From Octopus vulgaris (lineage: Eukaryota), in NCBI GenBank assembly GCA_951406725.2, contig OX597818.1, positions 145,886,001-145,950,000 of the forward strand: 64,000 bases of DNA. The letters are read 5' to 3'. Every line of letters begins with the position of its first letter. Position 1 is the stretch's first letter. The notes under the pieces are model-generated. The model saw only the letters and a list, made by a program, of their open reading frames with translations, was not told the origin of the DNA and did no database searches. Shown piece by piece: positions 55,975 through 64,000 of this stretch. Position numbers and translations under genes: made by a program.

Positions 55975-56322
55975 TAGTTAGTTAGTTAGTTAATTTTTGG
56001 CTCAAAAGCAAATAGCAAGGCCATGTAGGGGGACATGGAGTTAAGTACAGGGTGGTGTTCATGTAAAGAGTTCAGGCCACTTGAAGTCAAGGGAGACTTT
56101 GAACAAAGCGGTCGTTGGCATCTTCACCATCTCGTCTGGCAGCTTGTTCCACGGATCCGCAACCCGGACGGAGAAAGCTCCTCTCCTTCGATTGAGATGA
56201 AATCGTTGCAGGTAGAGCTTTTCGGAATGACCCCGCAGCCGACGCTCTGGAGCAGGAGTGAAGAACAGCTCTTTCGAGAGGTTACACTTTCCGCTTATGA
56301 TGTTGTGAGCGAGAATGAGATC
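55975..56322 (-). mobile_element. Young 5'-truncated CR1-type LINE with (TAAC)n tail
   Basis: Open frame 56322-56059: DLILAHNIISGKCNLSKELFF...RLRGHSEKL...RRGAFSVRVADPWNKLPDEMV...FKVSLD...*. CpGs intact; tail taactaactaact. Confidence 0.9.
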
Positions 56323-57130
56323 AGGCAGGATTATTCATAGGATAGTAACTACATGTATAGGATAGTACATAGGATAGTAACTATATACCACATACCATAC
56401 CATATAGCTTATAACATATGCAATGCACTTCAATTCATCATATAACTCAATATCCCATGATTTTATTATATATAATACTAGAGGGTAAGTTCACATCAGA
56501 TACAACAATAAAAATTAATCTCCATCATCTAAGTTCAAGTATAGCACCAATAAATGCTAATTTCGAAAATATTTAAATGTACAAGTGACCCTATGTATGC
56601 ATGATACCCTTAGGTCTAATCTATTATTAATCAGGTTGCTCTTGTCCCTATACTTAAGAATCTCATAAGTTTCCATAGAGCACAGATCACACCCATATTG
56701 ATTATCTCTATAAAAAAAAAAGCAACAACAGGAAATTAAATGCTATAACAAGTAGAAATTTCAGTTTAGATAATAAAGGTAGTGAGGAGAATGGGCAAGT
56801 TACTCTGCCTTATAGGGATATGAAAAATACTGGTAATAGAGAGATACCTAATGATCAAGTCACAATTTTGAGAGGCAGTGAAAGAGCTGGTAGATTCCAC
56901 CCTTACATAGATCATAAGTCTGAAAATAAGGACTTCATCTGGTATAACGTTCCCTTCAACTAAACCATATTCACAAACATATATAGGAAATTTATGACAA
57001 TTTTAGAAAAAACTTCCTCACTTCCCATAGATATAACAGAATTTTTTCCCATAAGTCAGTTAGAATCTTGTATTCTACTCTCCCCAATATGGGTACCATC
57101 ATAGCAAGATTAAATAGAAAGAATATAAAA

Positions 57131-57271
57131 TTACATTATTTACAATTGACGGATATTTGTCCTCATCTTGTTTATTGTTAACACGTTTTGGTTGATATAC
57201 ACTCCAGCTTTCATCAGGTGTCTTGGGGAAATTTGGAACTTGGGTTCTCATTCTTAGGGTATTTTTCGATG

Positions 57272-57352
<81 letters not shown>

Positions 57353-57554
57353 TCACAGCCTGGAATTAAACTCAGAATCTTGGGGTTTGTAGCCCACACT
57401 CTTAACACTACGCCATATGCCCATGGGCATATGAGAACCCAGGTTCGAAATTTCCACAAGACACCTGATGAAGGCTGGAGGGTATATCAGCTGAAACATT
57501 GTGTTAACAACAAACACGATGAGGACAAACATCCATCAATTGTAAATAATGTAA
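57131..57554. mobile_element. Fold-back element containing a tRNA-like head, (AAT)n and hammerhead tail
   Basis: Arms 57131-57251 and 57431-57554; tRNA-like segment 57347-57422 (minus); acac-CTGATGA-aggctgg...cagct-GAAAC-att-gtgt at 57461-57504. Confidence 0.85.
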
Positions 57555-57971
57555 ATAATGTACATAATTCTTCATCTCTTAAATTTAGAACTGTATAATA
57601 CAAAATTAGCAAGAGGTGGTAATAATAATAATATTACTGTCAACACTAACTTAAATGCCTACAATGAGAATAATAACATTAATGGTGATGTAGGAAATAG
57701 AAACAGTGGTACTAATGCTTCTAATATATACAACATAGACTGTAGCTCCGAGGTTTAGACTAGCACTGAGATTACTGATATGCTTGTTGATGCTGAGAGG
57801 GATTTGAATGATACTACAATTGAAGGATGGATAGATAATAACAGATATGAAAATAACACATGCAATAGTAGTAGTAGGATTAATAATGATAGTGATATTA
57901 TTATTATTATTAATAATAATAATAATATTGTGAATATCAATAACATTAATAATAGTAACAATTCTCCTGGT

Positions 57972-58240
57972 TGCAATTGTAGAGTTAAATCCCAATGTCC
58001 ATTATAAGGCCAATGTCTAATGCAAAACATAATTTATAAAGGTACAATCATAACTGTAGCCAGTAACTTTATACATATAAGATGTTCAATCAATATGGAA
58101 AAACATATTAATTCCTATTTTTCATCTTTTAGGCTCAAATATAAAACCAGTTGTACACCCTTATCTAGCAAGATTTGGGAACTGAAGGAAAGTGAAATTG
58201 AATTTAGCCTTAAATGTTATATAATAAGGAAAGCACAGAC
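57972..58240 (+). pseudogene. Penelope-like GIY-YIG endonuclease fragment
   Basis: CNCRVKSQCPL*GQCLMQNIIYKGTI...SSFRLKYKTSCTPLSSKIWELKESEIEFSLK, matching the CxC...CPL.G.C...IY and SF...T.LS..IW.LK pattern of PLE endonucleases. Confidence 0.8.
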
Positions 58241-58739
58241 AGTTACTTTATACTACTCCTAAAATCTTGTCAATATTTATGACCATACACAGCTATGTGC
58301 TGTCATCTCACTCCTGCCCTGCATTCTAAACAGATACAATCCTCTAGTCTTAGATGTAGTTGTTGATAAAAAGGCTAATAAATTAAAAATGAACCACAAT
58401 CCTTTACAAGCTATGATCCCCAACACACTTCATACATTTCTTGGAAGTGTAGTATATTCTTAGCTGTGTTAGTGGCAACATGGATTCTTTCCATCTTCTT
58501 GCTCTATTAGAGTATTTGAGTAAAATCATATTAACATGTCCAACTGATTAAAAATTTTATTTATTTATTTGTACAGCTGAGGGTAGCCCTGCATTTAAAT
58601 TGATGTAATTATTGGATTGTTCAATTAAATGGATCCACTTGAAATGGTTGTACTGCTTCTTTGATATCCTGTTGCATACTTTGATATATATATATATATA
58701 TGATATACTTTGATATATATATATATATATGATATACTT

Positions 58740-58792
<53 letters not shown>

Positions 58793-58799
58793 CACATCT

Positions 58800-59020
58800 T
58801 TTCAACATGTGATCTCTTGAGCACCACCAGCAAAAAAAAATTTTTTTCCTCTGTCTTCCCTTCTCGGGATCTTTCCTTCTCCTTTGTTTCCAACGAAGAG
58901 CTCTGCTCGAAACGTTAAACCCTCCTTCCCTTCTTTCCTGAGCGTCAAATAATACTTTAATTGTTCCACGTCCTCGCGTTGCTGTGTTTTTTTCTGTGTT
59001 TTCTTGTTTGGATTAACTAT
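58800..59020 (+). mobile_element. Short hammerhead element, family B
   Basis: gttt-CCAACGA-a-gagc-tct-gctc-GAAAC-GTT-aaac at 58886-58920. Confidence 0.65.
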
Positions 59021-59446
59021 ATATATATGAATATGGGTATGCACAAGTGTTCTTAAATAAGATAAGGATTTAATTAATCTTTGGTGAATGCAGGTTCTTG
59101 TGAAAATCCAAGACTGATGCAAGGGGGATAACAATTATGAGATTCTTATAAATTACCTGCCATGAACTGTTTAGTCTCATGTAAAATTGTGTAATCCCAT
59201 TGAAAATGTAGATGAGTACCATCACTTCCATGTTGCGTGCTTGAATAATTGTGAAGATCTCTTCACATGAAATAAAAATTATATATAACAAGGGTGCTAT
59301 GAAGCACCAGCTTTGCTAAAAATAGAAGTCGAAAATACTCTAAAGCCACAAAAATTAACACTTGATTTTTAAAGACAAGGTTGGAAAAAAACTAAGTGCC
59401 AGTTAATGTGGTACCATGATTTCAAATATATGTGTGTGTGTGTAAT

Positions 59447-59770
59447 TATAAATAAGGGCAAAAGAAAAAAATTCCTCTGCTAATATCATCAAACCACAAA
59501 CAATATTTTTCACCATAAATACACATTGTGCTGAAACAAGGAAAGAAAGCTATCGGAAATTTTTTAAAATTCATTATTCCTGAAAAAATTCATTATTCCT
59601 GATCCTTCTGGTTGGGAATAATGAATTTTTTAAAAATTTCTGATAGCTTGCTTTCCTCGTTTCAGAATGCTTTGTATTTATAGTGAAAACTATTGTATGT
59701 GGTTAGACAATTTAAAGTCTATTTCTCAGCATATTGGCATAAAATGTTTTTCTTTTGCCCTTATTTATAA
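59447..59770. repeat. Diverged fold-back, ~135-155-bp arms
   Basis: ttataaataagggcaaaagaaaa...aaaattcattattcc versus ggaataatgaatttt...ttttcttttgcccttatttataa. Confidence 0.85.
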
Positions 59771-59860
59771 TTGTCTATATTTTCACCTTCAAAGTTATTT
59801 TAATATGGTGGCCACTGATAAAATTTTTCTTTTGAAAAATATTTTATCCATATATTAGAA

Positions 59861-59911
<51 letters not shown>

Positions 59912-60185
59912 TACACACAGCTGGGCGCGTTATTCAATTTCCTCCACAACACTTCATCTTTCTAACTGCAATTTTTTCTTCATGCTATTAATCTTTCCCC
60001 TTCACTTGGAATGAGTTCACTTGATAATCATCCTATAGCCTTAATACTGTCCTCACCATACACATTTTACATTGCCACCACCCATTGAACCACCAAGTCA
60101 TCTTACATTCTCTCCCATCATCATTGGTCATTCATCTACCTCTTGTCCACCAGTCATTATATCCAGCTCTTAAAACTATACATGT

Positions 60186-60258
<73 letters not shown>

Positions 60259-60357
60259 AACACCTGTGGCTATCTGCTGACAACATTTTCCATCATGCAA
60301 TGGTAAAATACTCAATCTTTCTGCTGTTTTCATGGATATACTGTGAACATTAGCATC

Positions 60358-60435
<78 letters not shown>

Positions 60436-60484
60436 CATTAAGTAAATGTCAGTTAATTAGTGACCATTAGAATCATAAATCTTT

Positions 60485-60516
<32 letters not shown>

Positions 60517-60708
60517 GACAATAGACAAAACTGGACATGATTTTTTCAGACGAAACTTTAGCTTATAATCAGAACAGACGTAAATTGTTCTCTGTGTCAG
60601 ATGATGCTAAATGGACTGAGAAAGAAACTGGAAATCTAAACCAAATAATCAATTTCAGAAAAGAGTTGAGAATGGTTTGTGAGAGGAAAATGGAAATAGG
60701 AAGACAGC

Positions 60709-60757
<49 letters not shown>

Positions 60758-61084
60758 AACAAACAAATAAACAAAGACTTAAAGATTGATGATAGAAAAG
60801 TAAAAAGTGGAGCTTAACTGTTATTGTTGTGGGGAGTTATGTCACTTTCAGTAAAATACCATAAATTATTTAGAGACAAGTCTTTTTTTTGTGAAATTAT
60901 TTCCTAGATCTATATGGATGTTGCCTTACATTGTACTTAATTCAGCAGTATTAAAAAAGAAATCCTTCTAACAGAAATGATTCTCCATAATGTGATAACA
61001 CACCTACTTCTTGTTAATACTTCTTAACTACATAATTCCTCTAATGCTATACAATATATATACACACATATATATATATACCCA

Positions 61085-61439
61085 TGCCAACCCCCTTGCT
61101 TGCGAAGACATGTTGGGGCAAGCGAAATCGAAATCGAATTGAACCAGCCAGGATCCCTGGTCTGGTGGTACGTAAAAAGCACCATCCGACTCGTGGCCGA
61201 TGCCAGCACCGCCTCGTCTGGCTTCCGTGCCGGTGGCACATAAAATACACCAATCCGACCATGGCCGTTGCCAGCCTCGCCTGGCACCTGTGCAGGTGGC
61301 ACGTAAAAAGCACCCACTACACTCACGGAGTGGTTGGCGTTAGGAAGGGCATCCAGCTGTAGAAACACTGCCAGATAAGACTGGAGCCTGGTGCAGCCTT
61401 CTGGCTTCCCAGATCCCCGGTCGAACTGTCCAACCCATG

Positions 61440-61441
<2 letters not shown>
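61085..61441 (+). mobile_element. SINE family 2, young copy inside (TA)n
   Basis: CpG-rich; nearly identical to 15010-15270. Confidence 0.9.
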
Positions 61442-61478
<37 letters not shown>

Positions 61479-61880
61479 TCAATTTTACCCCTTCGAATTT
61501 ACTCACTCTGATACTTTATTTTGCTATTTTGCTTCTACGTTCTTTGTCTTTTACTAATCCAAATCTTTTCCTGAAAACAAGTCGTATCAACCTCAGGCAA
61601 CATCTTCTAATCACTGGGAGGCTGTATATAAAATAGGCAACATACAACCCTGTAGACTTTACCTAATCTCACAAACCACCACAATGCAGCAGCTGAATCT
61701 TCTTCAACACTATTTGCGAACAGCAATTGTAAAACTATAAATCCTGGTCCAGCAAAAGTTTCTTCTTGTTTGCTGCCTCCTCTTCTACTATAATATTGCT
61801 GAGCCCACTCTACTTAGAATATATATATATATATATATCATAGATAGCATAGATATTCTTGACCAAAGCTAACCCAATTT

Positions 61881-61881
<1 letters not shown>

Positions 61882-61912
<31 letters not shown>

Positions 61913-62391
61913 TGTATGTATGTATGTATGTATGAATGTATGTATGTATGTATGTATGTATGTATGTATGTATGTATGTATGTATGTATGTATGTATGTA
62001 TGTATGAATGTATGTATGTATGTATGTATGTATGTATGTATGTATGTATGTATGTATGTATGTATGTATGCATGCATGCATGTATGTATGTATGTATGTA
62101 TGTATGTATGTATGTATGTATGTATGTATGATGTATGCATGTATGTATGTATGTATGTATGTATGTATGTATGTATGATGTATGTATGTATGTATGTATG
62201 TATGTATGTATGTATGTATGTATGTATGTATGTATGTATGTTTGTATGTATGTATGTATGTATGTATGTATGTATGTATGTATGTTTGTATGTATGTATG
62301 TATGTATGTATGTATGTATGTATGTATGTATGTATGTATGTATGTATGTATGTATGTATGTATGATGTATGTATGTATGAATGTATGCATG

Positions 62392-62425
<34 letters not shown>

Positions 62426-62565
62426 TGTATGTATGTATGTATGTATGTATGTATGTATGTATGTATGTTTGTATGTATGTATGTATGTATGTATGTATGT
62501 ATGTATGTATGATGTATGTATGTATGTATGTATGTATGATGTATGTATGTATGAATGTATGCATG

Positions 62566-62597
<32 letters not shown>

Positions 62598-62716
62598 CAT
62601 GTATATATGTATGAATGTATGTATGTATGTATGTATGTATGTATGTATGATGTATGTATGTATGTATGTATGTATGATGTATGTATGTATGTATGTATGA
62701 TGTATGTATGTATGTA
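61882..62716. repeat. (TATG)n array, ~830 bp
   Basis: Seen directly; recurrent variant units (tatgaatg, catgtata, tatgatg, tttg). Confidence 0.98.
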
Positions 62717-62975
62717 TAATGCTTAAAGACTTAACAAACTTTTTCCTTTTTTCCTTTACTTTTTCCTCCTGTCTATTTTCCTCCGATAAGCTCCAAATCA
62801 TTCTGACAATGCTTGTTAAATGGAGCAAGATAAGTGCAAATTTACTTCAAAAATAACAAACTGAAACAGCTGTAAACGTTTTTTTTTTAACTGCAATTAA
62901 ACTATGATTAATAACAATGATTAACTTCTACTCATTAATTGTTATTCCATTTCTTTTCTTATCCATATATAAGTA

Positions 62976-63383
62976 GGCACAGGAGTGGCAGTGTGGTAAG
63001 TAGTTTGCTTACCAACCACATGGCCCTGGGTTCAGTCCCACTGCATGGCATCTTGAGCAAGTGTCTTCTACTAAGGCCTCAGCTGACCAAAGCCTTGTGA
63101 GTGGATTTGGTAGATGGAAACTGGAAGAAGCCCATCGCATATGTATATACATGTATATGTATGTGTGTGTATATGTATGTGTGTCTGTGTTTGTCCTCCC
63201 AACATCGCTTGACAACCAATGCTGGTGTGTTTACATCCCTGTAACTTAGAAGTTTGCCAAAAGAGACTGATAGAATAAGTACTAGGCTTACAAAGAATAA
63301 GCTCTGGGGTTGATTTGCTCAACTAATGGTGGTGCTCCAACATGGCCACAGTCAAATAACTGAAAGAAGTAAGAGTAAAGAGT
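62976..63383 (+). mobile_element. tRNA-derived SINE, family 1 (full length)
   Basis: ggcacaggagTGGCAGTGTGG...GGTTCAGTCC...ggtggtgctccaacatggccacagtcaaataactgaaa. Confidence 0.9.
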
Positions 63384-63670
63384 ATATATATATGTATGTA
63401 TGTATAAAATTCCTCTTAATACTCCTGCATACCATTTTTAAATGTCACCAACTCTGTCAGTGCTTTATAAACTAATTTTGTCTTTTTGTTTTACATATTA
63501 ACTTAGCAGAAACTACTCCCAGGAAAATCAATTCCTCAGGTATAACAGCATTGAAGATAATCTTTCAAATAAACAAGAACATGTTGTATATAAAAGAACT
63601 ATCCTTCCATTTATGGTAAAGAGATAATAGAAAATAATTTGCATGTAAAAAAACATAGGTGACGTGAAAC

Positions 63671-63706
<36 letters not shown>

Positions 63707-63726
63707 ATATATATATATATATATAC

Positions 63727-63767
<41 letters not shown>

Positions 63768-64000
63768 TATAGATATATATGAATGATGCATGCATACACA
63801 CATACACACACAATACATTGATTTTCACGTGTATGTAATCATGTATGTGTGTGTGTATATATATATATATATATGCTCACATCAGAAGATGACATCATTT
63901 GAAAGCTACAACAATGTGAGAAAGTGCATTGTGGCTTCTTCTTTCAGTTTCCATCTACTATCAAATCCACTCACAAGGTTTTGGTCAGCCCAAGGCTATA

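Larger units (their letters stand above)
54595..58685. mobile_element. Penelope-like retroelement relic with ~450-bp inverted terminal repeats
   Basis: 54595-55046 is the reverse complement of 58236-58685. There is a hammerhead in the arms and a GIY-YIG fragment adjacent to the right arm. Confidence 0.8.

Noticed and set aside
55975-55993. (GTTA)n tract as an interstitial telomere
   Set aside because: It is not TTAGGG; it is the (TAAC)n tail of the CR1 fragment.

Overview
AT-rich, microsatellite-saturated, repeat-dominated eukaryotic DNA. The SINE, LINE and microsatellite spectrum resembles a coleoid cephalopod, probably Octopus (inference). I recognised no host protein-coding exon. Nearly all listed ORFs are read-throughs of (TA)n, (TG)n, (TACA)n or (CAT)n, or fragments of mobile elements. 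The window holds: several tRNA-derived SINE families, often nested; decayed RTE, CR1-type and R4/Dong-type LINE pieces; mariner and DD37D-type transposase relics; piggyBac- and hAT-like MITEs; a non-autonomous Helitron; and a Penelope-like (PLE) GIY-YIG relic. The most striking signal is a set of about 11 mostly sequence-unrelated fold-back (inverted-repeat) elements, 0.12-4 kb long. Each carries a type-I minimal hammerhead ribozyme motif (stem I-CUGAnGA-stem II-GAAAC-short stem III-NUH-stem I), intact or decayed, and all read outward from the hairpin centre. One of them has a tRNA-like Pol III head fused to the hammerhead tail, making it a candidate PLE-dependent, ribozyme-bearing SINE. Coordinates and alignments were read by eye, so expect errors of a few bases; element boundaries are less exact.
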